NCBI GenBank assembly: GCA_026982565.1 | Contig: JALSGV010000074.1 | Location: 331 to 64,330 of the forward strand | Origin: Gammaproteobacteria bacterium | Lineage (GTDB): Bacteria > Pseudomonadota > Gammaproteobacteria > SZUA-140 | Direction of reading: 5' to 3' | DNA: 64,000 nucleotides | In this document: positions 33,506 to 43,438 of the stretch, in pieces | Layout: each line of letters opens with the position of its first letter | How positions within the stretch are numbered: the first letter of the stretch is position 1 | Program-made: the position numbers and the translations under genes | The notes under the pieces: generated by a model | What the model was told of the DNA's origin: nothing | Seen by the model: the letters and a program-made list of their open reading frames with translations, nothing else | The model's database searches: none

Positions 33506-35200
33506 TCACACCAGAATCATTTCATTCAGCCCGGCGCCCGCCGGGATCATGGGATAGACATTCTCGGTCTGATCCGTCACGAAGTCCATAAAAACCAGGC
33601 GTTTCTTCATGGCCATGGCCTCTTTCAAGGCCGGCGCCACATCGGCGGGATCCTCGATGCGCATGCCCACATGGCCGTAGCTCTCGGCGAGCTTGACGAA
33701 ATCCGGCAGGGATTCCATATAGGACATGGCGTAACGACCTTCGTAGAAAAACTCCTGCCACTGCCGGACCATGCCCAGAAAACGGTTGTTGAGGGTAATG
33801 ATCTTGATGGGCAGGCCGTACTGCAGGCAGGTGGCCAGCTCCTGAATGCACATCTGAATGCTGCCTTCACCGGTCACACAGGCAACCGTGGAGCGGGGGT
33901 GGGCGATCTGTACGCCCATGGCGGCGGGCAGGCCGAAGCCCATGGTGCCCAATCCCCCGGAATTGATCCAGCGGTAGGGCTTGGAAAACTTGTAGAACTG
34001 CGCCGCCCACATCTGGTGCTGCCCCACGTCCGAGGTGACATAGGCGTTGCCGCGCGTGACCTTGTAGAGGTTCTCCAGCACGAATTGGGGCTTGATGACC
34101 TCCGGGGAGGTTTCATATTTGAGGCAGTCCGTCTTGCGCCACTCTTCGATCTGCTTCCACCAGGCCTTTATGGCGGCCTTGTCCGGCCCGCCCTTCTTCT
34201 CCTTGAGAATACGCAGCATGTCCCGCAACACCTGCTCCACCGTACCGACGATGGGAATATCCACACGTACGTTCTTGGAAATGGACGAGGGATCGATGTC
34301 CACGTGGATGATCTTGGCCTTGGAACAGAATTTCTCGATATTCCCTGTCACACGGTCGTCGAAACGCGCACCGATGGCGATGAGCACATCGCAATGGTGC
34401 ATGGCCATATTGGCCTCATAGGTGCCATGCATGCCCAGCATGCCCAGAAACTGCTTGTCCGTGCCGGGATAGGCGCCCAGTCCCATGAGGGTATTGGTGA
34501 TGGGAAAACCCAGCAGGCGCGTCATTTCGGTGAGCAACTGACTGCCGCCCCCCAGCACGACGCCGCCGCCCGTATAGATCATGGGGCGTTCGGCGCTGAG
34601 CATGAGCTTGACGGCGCGCTTGATCTGGCCGATGTGCCCCTTGGTGACCGGCTTGTAGGAACGCATCTCCACCTTGCGGGGGAACACATAATCGGTCTTT
34701 GCGGCCGTGATGTCCTTGGGCACATCGACGACGACGGGACCGGGCCGCCCCGTGGTGGCGATATAGAAGGCGCGCTTCAGGGTGATGGCGAGATCCTCCA
34801 CCCGCTTGACCAGAAAATTGTGCTTCACGCAGGGCCGCGTGATGCCGACGGAATCCACTTCCTGAAAGGCATCGTTGCCGATGAGGTTGGTGGGCACCTG
34901 GCCGGTGATGACAACCATGGGCACCGAGTCCATATAGGCCGTGGCAATGCCGGTCACGGCATTGGTCGCGCCCGGGCCAGAGGTGACCAGGGCCACACCC
35001 GGCTTGCCCGTCGCGCGGGCGTATCCATCCGCCGCATGGGTGGCCCCCTGCTCATGCCGCACCAGGATGTGCTCAACCTTGTCCTGCTTGTACAGCGCAT
35101 CATAGATATGAAGCACCGCTCCGCCTGGATAGCCGAATACATGTCTGACGCCTTCATCCTTCAGAAAGCGGACCAGGATTTCAGCACCTGTCAATTCCAC
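33506..35200 (-). CDS. ilvI: Acetolactate synthase large subunit
   Basis: FGYPGGAVL, RHEQGA, GMLGMHG, SGGLGTMGFG, GMVRQWQ. Confidence 0.96.
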   Translation of the reverse strand: MELTGAEILVRFLKDEGVRHVFGYPGGAVLHIYDALYKQDKVEHILVRHEQGATHAADGYARATGKPGVALVTSGPGATNAVTGIATAYMDSVPMVVITGQVPTNLIGNDAFQEVDSVGITRPCVKHNFLVKRVEDLAITLKRAFYIATTGRPGPVVVDVPKDITAAKTDYVFPRKVEMRSYKPVTKGHIGQIKRAVKLMLSAERPMIYTGGGVVLGGGSQLLTEMTRLLGFPITNTLMGLGAYPGTDKQFLGMLGMHGTYEANMAMHHCDVLIAIGARFDDRVTGNIEKFCSKAKIIHVDIDPSSISKNVRVDIPIVGTVEQVLRDMLRILKEKKGGPDKAAIKAWWKQIEEWRKTDCLKYETSPEVIKPQFVLENLYKVTRGNAYVTSDVGQHQMWAAQFYKFSKPYRWINSGGLGTMGFGLPAAMGVQIAHPRSTVACVTGEGSIQMCIQELATCLQYGLPIKIITLNNRFLGMVRQWQEFFYEGRYAMSYMESLPDFVKLAESYGHVGMRIEDPADVAPALKEAMAMKKRLVFMDFVTDQTENVYPMIPAGAGLNEMILV

Positions 35201-35425
35201 ACCTTTTTCCTCGTAATCGATAGCCGGGGTCGCGCACCCGATAGGCCATGCAAAACGTGCTATTGTAATAAGAACCCGCGGTAAAAGATAGATACGGATT
35301 TGTCGTGTGAACCCGGATAAAGCCCGGGGGATTTATACCCGCACGATGATCCGGATTCAGGTTTTATTAATCCGGCAATAATATATATCGTATTCAGGAC
35401 TTCAACTCAGTCACGAGGAATCAAC

Positions 35426-35770
35426 ATGCCGTTTCTGAAACTGCAAACCAACGTCGAGATATCCCCGGATACCCAAAGGACATTGATGGAGACGCTGTCA
35501 CGGGAAACCGCCAGCCAACTGGGCAAGCCGGAACGTTATGTCATGGTCGCACTGGAACCCGCTCGCAGCATGCTCTTCGCCGGCAGTGACGCCCCCCTGG
35601 CATACCTGGAACTGAAAAGCATCGGCCTGCCCGGGGACCTCACCCCGGCGCTTTCCGGGGCTTTGTGCAAACGGGTGAGCGAAACCCTGGACATTCCCGG
35701 CGACCGCATCTATATCGAATTCGCCGACGCGCCGAGGACCATGTGGGGATGGAACGGCGGGACTTTCTGA
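35426..35770 (+). CDS. MIF/phenylpyruvate tautomerase-family protein
   Basis: N-terminal catalytic Pro (MPFL), LGKPERYVMV, ELKSIG, RIYIEF, WGWNGGTF. Confidence 0.9.
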   Translation: MPFLKLQTNVEISPDTQRTLMETLSRETASQLGKPERYVMVALEPARSMLFAGSDAPLAYLELKSIGLPGDLTPALSGALCKRVSETLDIPGDRIYIEFADAPRTMWGWNGGTF

Positions 35771-35798
35771 CCCGGATCTGTCGCGACGCTGAAAGGAA

Positions 35799-36470
35799 TT
35801 ATTTCGTCAGCAGGGCCTGCTTGCCGGCGCCCTTGAAATTGGCATCCAGGAACTTGACCGTTGCGGCCCATGTTTCCTCATGCACCCTTGCGCCCTCTTC
35901 GTATTCGGAAGGATCCAGCAGGCTGTGATCGGAAACCACTTCCAGCAAGGGAAGATTCAGGCGCCGCGACGTATCCCGCGCTGCCGTCGCACGCTGATGG
36001 TAGGTAACCAGCGCCGAAAATGCGCCGGGGATCTGGCGGGCGAGGCTGGCCACATGATGGGCGCCCTGCCCCCATGAGACGCCCACGATCCTGCGCCCGG
36101 GCTTCACCAAAACGTCTATTGCCGCTCGCAGATTCGCTTCCACCCACACATGATCGATGGATTTGATGACTTCCCTCGCCATGGTCTGGTTTCGCACCTC
36201 ACGTCCGTCGAAAAAATCGATGGCGACGACCCGGTAACCCAAGGCCGCCAGTTTGTCCGCCCAGCGGATGAGCTGCGCATTGAATCCCCAGCGGTCGTGC
36301 ACCAGCAGGGCGCCATAGGGCGCATCCTCCGGCCCGGCCATGTAGGCCTGGAAAGTGGTGTGATAGGCCGTCTTCAGGTATACCATCCGGCCTTCCTGTG
36401 GCGCTTCCCCGGCCTGAAGAGGTAACTGGACAGCGCCGAGCGCCATAATCAATATCAAATGCCGCCACAT
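35799..36470 (-). CDS. Secreted dienelactone-hydrolase-like alpha/beta hydrolase, degenerate
   Basis: Signal peptide; LLVHDRWGFN, LAALGYRVVAIDFFDG; nucleophile elbow reads SWGQGA. Confidence 0.65.
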   Translation of the reverse strand: MWRHLILIMALGAVQLPLQAGEAPQEGRMVYLKTAYHTTFQAYMAGPEDAPYGALLVHDRWGFNAQLIRWADKLAALGYRVVAIDFFDGREVRNQTMAREVIKSIDHVWVEANLRAAIDVLVKPGRRIVGVSWGQGAHHVASLARQIPGAFSALVTYHQRATAARDTSRRLNLPLLEVVSDHSLLDPSEYEEGARVHEETWAATVKFLDANFKGAGKQALLTK

Positions 36471-36542
36471 GATCCCGACCAAATACACTTTATCAAAGAT
36501 CCCTGCCTCTGAGCTGATTTCCCCTTAATCATACCGATCATT

Positions 36543-39035
36543 CTACGCCCTTTCCATCAAAGTTTGCAGGGGCGGGCGATCCAGCACGCGGCGCGTCCCC
36601 AAATACCCCGCAATACAGACACCCACTCCCCCGGCCAAGGTACCAAGGAGAATCATGACAGGATCGAGGGCATAGGGCAGGTGAAATACCCGCGCGCCCA
36701 GCACCATGCCCAGCAGCGTGGCCGCCCCCGAAGCCACCAGACCCGCCAGCAGGCCGACGGCGGCAAATTCGACGAGCAGGGCGCGCACCAGCTGGGCGCG
36801 CCCCGCCCCCAGGGTGCGCATGATGGCATTCTCCCGTATTCGCTCATCCAGGGTCGCCTGAATGGTGGCAAACAACACCAGCAGGCCCGACAGCAAGGTG
36901 AAGACAAAGACATAGTCCACCGCCAACACGATGCGCTCCATGACCACACGCACATAGTCCATGATGGCGGCCACGTCGATCACCGTCACATTGGGGTAAT
37001 CCCGCACTATGGCGCTGAAATCCTCCGCCTTGCCGGGCGGGATGTAGAGACTGCTGATATGGTTGGCGGGATAGCCGTCCAGTATACCGGGCGCGGCGAT
37101 GACGAAGAAATTGACCCGGAAACTGTCCCACGCCACCTTGCGCAGGCTGCTCACCTGCCCGCTGAAAATACTGCCGGCCACTTCGAAGTCCAGGCGGTCT
37201 CCCAAGTGTATCCCCAACGTTCTGGCAAGCCCCTCCTCTACGGACAGCCCGTCACCACCCTTTCCCTCATCCCACCATGATCCGGCCGTAATCTCATTAT
37301 CCACCTGCAACTGCGCCGCCCAGGAGAGATTGAATTCCCGCGCCACCAGGCGCTGGGCGCGCTCGTCCCGGTAGCTGTCTGGCGCCACAGGGGCGCCGTT
37401 GATGGCCACCAGCCGCCCCCTGACCATGGGAAAAATGCCAGCCCCCCCGATACCGGCAGCCTGGAAGCGTCGATGGAGCTCTTCCACCTGGTCACCCTGA
37501 ATGTTGATCAGAAAACGGTTGGGCGTATCCGGCGGCAGGGTATTCTCCCAGGAGGCAAGCAGATCCACGCGCACCATTGTCAGCAGCAGCAACACCGTCA
37601 TGCCTACGCCAAAGGCGGCAACCTGGATACTGTTGCCGCCCGCGCGATGCGTCAGGCTCATCACACCAAAGCGCCACGAGCGCGGGACACGGTGCTGCCA
37701 CACACGCAACAGATAAATCAACATCGCGGCAATACCGGCGAGACTCAACAAGACCCCCACCACGCCTGACAGCGCATAGGCGCTCATGGCCCAGTCCCCG
37801 GTCTGCCAAACGACCAGCAGGCCGAAGGCAATGATGCCGGCGCCATAGATGGAAAGACTGTAAGCGGGCAAGGCGCCCAGTTCCCTGCGCAAGACGCGCA
37901 GCGCGGGCACCCGGCCGATGTGCAACAAAGCCGGCAGGGCGAAGCCCAGCACCGTGACCAGCCCTGTCAACATCCCCGCCACGACGGGAAAAAACGAGGG
38001 GGCGGGCAGCTCCAGCGCCACCAGGGAACCCAACAGGCCAACCAGCCCCAACTGGGCCAGATAGCCCGCAAGGCAACCCAGCAGACTGGCGAAGATGGCC
38101 AGAAACAACAATTCCAGAAAGTAGGCCGTGACGATTTCACGCTGCGAGGCGCCAAAGCAACGCATGATGGCGCAGTCATCCAGGCGGCGCCCGGCAAAAC
38201 GACGCGCGGCCATGGCGATGGCGATGCCCGCCAGCATCACGCTGACCAGCGCGGCCAGGCCTAGAAACCTGCCGCCACGCTCCAGTGCGGACCGGATTTC
38301 CGGACGCGCGCCTTCAGGCCCGGTAATGCGCGCGCCACTTGCCAGCACCTCCTCTGCGGCGCGCCTGAAGGCGCGGATCCTGTCGGCCGGCCCACTGAGC
38401 AGGAGCGAGTATGTGACGCGGCTGGCGGGCTGCACCAGGCCGGTAGCCGGCAGATCCGCCAGGGAGAGCAGCAGGCGCGGCGCGAGCGTAAACAGGGTGC
38501 CCGAGGCGCGGGCAGGCTCATTCACCAATGCCGCCGTAATGTGCAGGCGGGCATTTCCCAAGGTCACTTCATCCCCAATCTCCAGACCAAGATGCCGCAG
38601 AAGGCGTGGCTCCAGCCACACCTCACCCGCTTGAGGCATATCCTGTGCCGCATGGGGCGGGGCGGGAGATCGCTTCGTTATGTGAATGCCCCCCCGCAGG
38701 GGATAGGCCGGGCTGACGGCCTTGATGGACGCCAGGCGCGCGGCATCGTCGGACATGACCATGGAAGGAAACTCGACGACCTCCGCCTGCGCCAGCCCGG
38801 CCTCCCGCGCCAACTGCCTCACGGCGGCGGAAATCGGGCGTGTTGCAGTGACCTTGAGATCGCCCCCCAGCAATTCACCTGCCTGCAATTCGAGGGCCTG
38901 GTTGATGCGGTCGGTGAAAAAACTCACTGCGGTGACGCTGGCCACGGCTACAACCAGGGCCATGCACAACAGGCGCAACTCACCAGCCTGCCAGTCCCGG
39001 CGCAGCATGCGCAGCGCAAAGCGCAGCCCCTTCAT
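36543..39035 (-). CDS. ybbP: ABC transporter permease YbbP (FtsX-like)
   Basis: RRDWQAGELRLL, LLGGDL, YPLRG, PNRFLINIQ, REFNLSW, WDSFRVNFF. Confidence 0.9.
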   Translation of the reverse strand: MKGLRFALRMLRRDWQAGELRLLCMALVVAVASVTAVSFFTDRINQALELQAGELLGGDLKVTATRPISAAVRQLAREAGLAQAEVVEFPSMVMSDDAARLASIKAVSPAYPLRGGIHITKRSPAPPHAAQDMPQAGEVWLEPRLLRHLGLEIGDEVTLGNARLHITAALVNEPARASGTLFTLAPRLLLSLADLPATGLVQPASRVTYSLLLSGPADRIRAFRRAAEEVLASGARITGPEGARPEIRSALERGGRFLGLAALVSVMLAGIAIAMAARRFAGRRLDDCAIMRCFGASQREIVTAYFLELLFLAIFASLLGCLAGYLAQLGLVGLLGSLVALELPAPSFFPVVAGMLTGLVTVLGFALPALLHIGRVPALRVLRRELGALPAYSLSIYGAGIIAFGLLVVWQTGDWAMSAYALSGVVGVLLSLAGIAAMLIYLLRVWQHRVPRSWRFGVMSLTHRAGGNSIQVAAFGVGMTVLLLLTMVRVDLLASWENTLPPDTPNRFLINIQGDQVEELHRRFQAAGIGGAGIFPMVRGRLVAINGAPVAPDSYRDERAQRLVAREFNLSWAAQLQVDNEITAGSWWDEGKGGDGLSVEEGLARTLGIHLGDRLDFEVAGSIFSGQVSSLRKVAWDSFRVNFFVIAAPGILDGYPANHISSLYIPPGKAEDFSAIVRDYPNVTVIDVAAIMDYVRVVMERIVLAVDYVFVFTLLSGLLVLFATIQATLDERIRENAIMRTLGAGRAQLVRALLVEFAAVGLLAGLVASGAATLLGMVLGARVFHLPYALDPVMILLGTLAGGVGVCIAGYLGTRRVLDRPPLQTLMERA

Positions 39036-39709
39036 GTCAAACGACCCGCATCCAGGTGCAAAGCCCGCGAGCAGCGCTCCGCCAGGGATGCATCATGGGT
39101 CACCATGAGGAGTGTGGCGCCCTGCTCCCGATTGATTTCGAACAACAGCTCGATGATGCGTCTGCCCGTGGCGCTATCCAGATTACCCGTCGGCTCATCG
39201 GCAAACAGCAAGCGTGGACGGGTGACGAAGGCCCGGGCGATGGCCACACGCTGCTGCTCGCCACCCGACAAGTGGCGGGGATAATGGGTCAGGCGCGCCG
39301 CCAGGCCGACCCGCGCCAGGATTTCCGCAGCCTGCTCGCGAGCATCATGACGATCGCCCAGCTCCAGGGGCAGCATGACGTTCTCCAATGCGGTAAGATT
39401 GGGAAGCAACTGGAAGGCCTGAAATACGAAGCCAATGGCATCGCGCCGCAACAGGGCGCGCCCGTCCTCATCGAGGGCGAACAGATCCCGGCCGCTGATG
39501 CGCACCTCGCCATCAGAGGGAATATCCAGCCCCGCCAATATCCCCAGCAGAGTGGATTTTCCAGACCCGGAGGCCCCGGTGATGGCCACGGCCTCCCCCG
39601 GCAGGATGCTGAAATGTATATCCTGCAGCAAGGTCAGCTCACCTCCCTGGGTAGGCACACGCTTGGCCAGGCCATTGACCTCGATGATGGGATTGTTACA
39701 CTGCGCCAT
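39032..39709 (-). CDS. ybbA: ABC transporter ATP-binding protein YbbA
   Basis: GASGSGKST, LSGGEQQR, FADEPTGNLD; divergent from tesA. Confidence 0.9.
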   Translation of the reverse strand: MAQCNNPIIEVNGLAKRVPTQGGELTLLQDIHFSILPGEAVAITGASGSGKSTLLGILAGLDIPSDGEVRISGRDLFALDEDGRALLRRDAIGFVFQAFQLLPNLTALENVMLPLELGDRHDAREQAAEILARVGLAARLTHYPRHLSGGEQQRVAIARAFVTRPRLLFADEPTGNLDSATGRRIIELLFEINREQGATLLMVTHDASLAERCSRALHLDAGRLT

Positions 39710-40313
39710 GATGAAAAAGCCACTCCTGTCGATTTTTCTGCTCCTGCTGCTGCAGACGGCCCATGGGGCGCCGCAGATCCTGGTAATGGGTGACAGTTTA
39801 AGCGCAGCCCACGGCATGGAGCAAAACGCCGGATGGGTCAGCCTGCTGCAGAGGCGCCTCGAAAAAGAAGGCTATCCTCACCGGATCATCAATGCCAGCA
39901 TCAGCGGGGAAACCAGTAGCGGGGGTCTGATGCGCCTGGCCAGAGAGCTGGATGCGCACCAGCCCCAGATCGTGATCATCGAACTGGGCGGCAACGATGG
40001 ACTGCGCGGCCTCCCTCTCCAGGATCTCGAAATGAACCTGGGCGCCATGATTACAGAAATCCAGGACCGTAACATATCAGCCCTGCTCATTGGAATGCGC
40101 CTCCCCCCGAACTATGGCCCTGCCTATACGCGCCGGTTTTCTGAGATCTACCCAGCCCTTGCCCGGCGTTTCGGTATCCCTCTGGCGCCCTTTCTCCTTG
40201 AGGGCCTGGAAAACGATTTCACTTTCTTTCAGACCGATGGTATTCATCCCAATGTTTCAGCACAACCCAAAATGCTCGACAATGTATGGCCCCATCTGCG
40301 GGAATTACTCTAG
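39708..40313 (+). CDS. tesA: Arylesterase/thioesterase I (SGNH)
   Basis: Signal peptide, GDSLS, NASISGET, ELGGNDGLRG, DGIHP. Confidence 0.93.
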   Translation: MMKKPLLSIFLLLLLQTAHGAPQILVMGDSLSAAHGMEQNAGWVSLLQRRLEKEGYPHRIINASISGETSSGGLMRLARELDAHQPQIVIIELGGNDGLRGLPLQDLEMNLGAMITEIQDRNISALLIGMRLPPNYGPAYTRRFSEIYPALARRFGIPLAPFLLEGLENDFTFFQTDGIHPNVSAQPKMLDNVWPHLRELL

Positions 40314-40669
40314 CACTTCCACATTGAGCGGCCCACAGGCGTAAGATTTTTCCCACCAGAGGCCTGACAACTTACTGTTAATATTTGAATATTTGTATAC
40401 CAAAGCCCGAGCGCAAGCGTTATAATTGACAGTTATTCAGATCCTTAGACGAGAATAAAGAGGCGATCTCTACGAACCTGCAACCTTGCAGCGAGCATCG
40501 AAACAAAACTATAACGGCCAAGTCACACGAAATCCCGCTAAAGAATATTCGGCCGGGGGGAGATATAGACAATAATGCATCTGTTTCATGACACGTTGAC
40601 CAACAGCACGAGATTGTGCCCTCAGCGCCTTGAGTGTGACAGCCAAACATAAGCGCTGAAAAAACGAAA

Positions 40670-41944
40670 ATGAATGATCCTGTAAGTTATTTGTTTGCCT
40701 TTTTCGCGACGGTCGTGCTCATCGGCGCTTTGACGCCCTTGGCGCACAAGGTTGGCCTGATCGACCGCCCCACTGCCAGAAAAAGACATGAAGCCGACAC
40801 CCCCCTCGTTGGCGGTTTGGCCATCTATATGGCCGTGGTTATCAGCATCATGATGCTCGACTACGAATTCTCTGCGTTTGCCAGTTTCTTCATTCCATCC
40901 ATTCTCATCATAAGCGTCTGCCTGTGGGACGACCTGCGAGATCTTTCCTATACCATACGCTTGGCCGCACAAGTAATTGCCGTGCTGCTGATGTGCATGC
41001 TGGGCGGCGTAATCGAGAATATTGGCATCCTCACCCCGGATGGGTCTTTATTCTACCTGGGAATACTCGCGATCCCCTTTACCATTTTCTTTTCCGTTGG
41101 ACTCATCAACTCATTCAACATGTGTGACGGCATCGACGGGCTGGTCGGCGCGCTGGCCCTGATCGCCTTGACAGGGTTCAGCGTCGCCAGCATGCATGCC
41201 GGGCGCACAGAAGAACTGCAACTCATCCTGATCCTGATGAGCGCCATCATTGCTTTCCTGGTATTCAATTTCAGAACCCCCTGGCGCAAGCGCGGCCTGG
41301 TCTTCCTGGGTGATGTAGGCAGCATGTTTATCGGATTTGCCATGCTGTGGCTTGCCATACGGCTGACCCAGGGAGAAGAAAGGGCATTGGCCCCGATTAC
41401 CGCCATGTGGTTCCTTGCCTTCCCCTTGTTTGATTCTCTGAGCATCATATTGCGGCGCCTCGTGCGCAGGCGCTCGCCCTTCTCCCCGGACAGGGAGCAT
41501 TTCCACCATGTCCTGCTACTGGCTGGTTTTACCGTCAACCAGTCGGTCGGCATTATTATCCTGCTGGCCACCCTGGGCGTAGCCTTCGGCCTGACCGGTG
41601 AAGCCCTAGGCGTCCATGAGCTGGTCATGCTGTTCCTCTTTGCGTCCTTATTCGGCCTCTACTACTGGGGCATGATGCGCGCATGGAAGGTGATGCGCTT
41701 TCTCAACCGCTCTATCTGCAGAAGGGCGGGGCTCGATCGGCGCAGGAATCGCGACCGCCGCAAAAAAGTCATCGAGGATTGGGGAGCCACCCATACGGAG
41801 CGCAGAACCGCCGGCAGCGACCGGCGCGTGAGTGACAGACGGAACACCATACATAGAAGCCCTGCCAGCGCACATCAGAGCATCGACATGCACAAGCAGG
41901 ATGAGCCCCGTCCTACAAAAGTGGCCAGCAAGCTGGTTAAATAA
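40670..41944 (+). CDS. wecA: Undecaprenyl-phosphate GlcNAc-1-P transferase (WecA/MraY family) with Arg-rich C-terminal tail
   Basis: DRPTARKRH...PLVGG, WDD, NSFNMCDGIDG, FLGDVGS, DREHFHH. Confidence 0.88.
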   Translation: MNDPVSYLFAFFATVVLIGALTPLAHKVGLIDRPTARKRHEADTPLVGGLAIYMAVVISIMMLDYEFSAFASFFIPSILIISVCLWDDLRDLSYTIRLAAQVIAVLLMCMLGGVIENIGILTPDGSLFYLGILAIPFTIFFSVGLINSFNMCDGIDGLVGALALIALTGFSVASMHAGRTEELQLILILMSAIIAFLVFNFRTPWRKRGLVFLGDVGSMFIGFAMLWLAIRLTQGEERALAPITAMWFLAFPLFDSLSIILRRLVRRRSPFSPDREHFHHVLLLAGFTVNQSVGIIILLATLGVAFGLTGEALGVHELVMLFLFASLFGLYYWGMMRAWKVMRFLNRSICRRAGLDRRRNRDRRKKVIEDWGATHTERRTAGSDRRVSDRRNTIHRSPASAHQSIDMHKQDEPRPTKVASKLVK

Positions 41945-41965
41945 GATTGTTTTGGAGTCCCTTTA

Positions 41966-42688
41966 GTGACAGCAATAAGCGAACCGAAAGAAGCCTTTCT
42001 TTATCAGCCACCAGATGACATCACAAAAGAAAGATACAAGAATATTTTTGCTCTTTCCCGCCCCCTGCCATCCAGGCCACTGAAAGTCGCCTTTGATAAA
42101 GCTTTCGCCGTTACTGTTTTAACGATCGCCTCCCCTGTCATCGCTGGACTCTACTTGGCGAACCTTATCGAAGGCCTGCTGATCCCGGAAAACAAAGGGC
42201 CTTTTATTTTTTACTACAATGCCATCAGCGGGGGAAAATTATTCAAGAAATACAAGATCCGCCTCATCAAGACAAAATACATCGACCAGGAGGGCGCGAA
42301 GCGCGGTGACTGGCATGCCTATTCCGCCGAATGGACTCCGGACAGCAGAACTTATGTGGGGCGATTCGTCAAGAAATTCTACCTGGATGAACTGCCCCAG
42401 TTCTATTGCGTCCTCAAGGGAGACATGAGCATCGTGGGGCCACGCCCCCTGGCCGTCCATCATTATGAAAGAGACCTCAAACAAGGCAACGTCACCAGGA
42501 AACTGCTGAAAGGCGGTATCGTGGGAGCGGGGCATGTGCTCAAAGGAAAGCCTGAGATGGGCAATGCCGCCGTCGAATACGATTATATCGAAAAATACCT
42601 CAGCCTTTCCCAACCGGCCCTGCTGCTCATGGACATGAAAATCCTGTGGAAGGCGGTGCTGGTCTTATTTGAAGGGAAAGGTCTTTAA
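41966..42688 (+). CDS. Monotopic phosphoglycosyl transferase (bacterial sugar transferase)
   Basis: LKVAFDK, GRFVKKFYLDELPQFYCVLKGDMSIVGPRP (DE catalytic dyad). Confidence 0.85.
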   Translation: MTAISEPKEAFLYQPPDDITKERYKNIFALSRPLPSRPLKVAFDKAFAVTVLTIASPVIAGLYLANLIEGLLIPENKGPFIFYYNAISGGKLFKKYKIRLIKTKYIDQEGAKRGDWHAYSAEWTPDSRTYVGRFVKKFYLDELPQFYCVLKGDMSIVGPRPLAVHHYERDLKQGNVTRKLLKGGIVGAGHVLKGKPEMGNAAVEYDYIEKYLSLSQPALLLMDMKILWKAVLVLFEGKGL

Positions 42689-42708
42689 CAGACCAGGCCC
42701 GCCATCAT

Positions 42709-43410
42709 TCACTCTGGATCACCTACCGCGATTTCCCGTACAAACGGAACAGTCAAACGGCGCTGCGCAACCTGGGATGCATAATCCAACCTGTCGAGCA
42801 CGGCAAGCAATGCATGCAGATCACGGGAAAAGTGGCGCAACAGGTAGAGCGCAACCTCATCCGGCATCTGCATGCCGCGCTCCCTTGCCCATTGCTGCAG
42901 TATCCCGACCTTATGTTCATCCGCCGGTTGTTCGAGATGCAGCACCATGCCCCAGGCCAAGCGTGAGCGCAGATCCGGCAATCCAATATCCACCGCGCCG
43001 GGAGACACCCTGGCGGCAAAGATCATAAGGGCATCCTGCTCACGCAGACGATTGTACAAATGAAAGAGTCCGGTTTCCCAGTCCTCCTGACCGGCTATTC
43101 TGTCTACATCATCGATGCATACCAAGCGCATGGCCTCAAGCCCCTCAAATATTCCAGGAGCAAGCTCCGCGGCATGGGCAAGTGGAATATAGGCCGTCGC
43201 CCCCCCTCTCCCGGCTACGAAGTGACTGGCTGCCTGTAGCAAATGGGATTTTCCACAACCTCCGCCACCCCACAGATAAATACTCTGCCCTTCCTCTTGG
43301 CATACGGCCTCTCCCAGGTAATCCAAAGCCTCAATATTCCGCCCGGCGATGAAATTCCCGAAAGTTGCGGTATTTGGCAAACGAATACCCAGCGGCAACT
43401 GGATACTCAC
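42709..43410 (-). CDS. hda: DnaA regulatory inactivator Hda
   Basis: QLPL clamp-binding motif near a GTG start with RBS, GCGKSHLL, LFHLYN, LPDLRSRLAWG, RRLTVPFVR. Confidence 0.93.
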   Translation of the reverse strand: MSIQLPLGIRLPNTATFGNFIAGRNIEALDYLGEAVCQEEGQSIYLWGGGGCGKSHLLQAASHFVAGRGGATAYIPLAHAAELAPGIFEGLEAMRLVCIDDVDRIAGQEDWETGLFHLYNRLREQDALMIFAARVSPGAVDIGLPDLRSRLAWGMVLHLEQPADEHKVGILQQWARERGMQMPDEVALYLLRHFSRDLHALLAVLDRLDYASQVAQRRLTVPFVREIAVGDPE

Positions 43411-43438
43411 TTCCTGTCTAGCAACCACGCCAGCAGTC

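Noticed and set aside
35201-35425. Possible ilv attenuator and long imperfect hairpin (TGAACCCGGAT...ATCCGGATTCA)
   Set aside because: I found no Leu/Ile/Val-rich leader ORF or terminator, and the hairpin has no assignable function.
39707-39713. Overlapping divergent start codons of ybbA and tesA
   Set aside because: A head-to-head tesA/ybbA arrangement is already known from E. coli.
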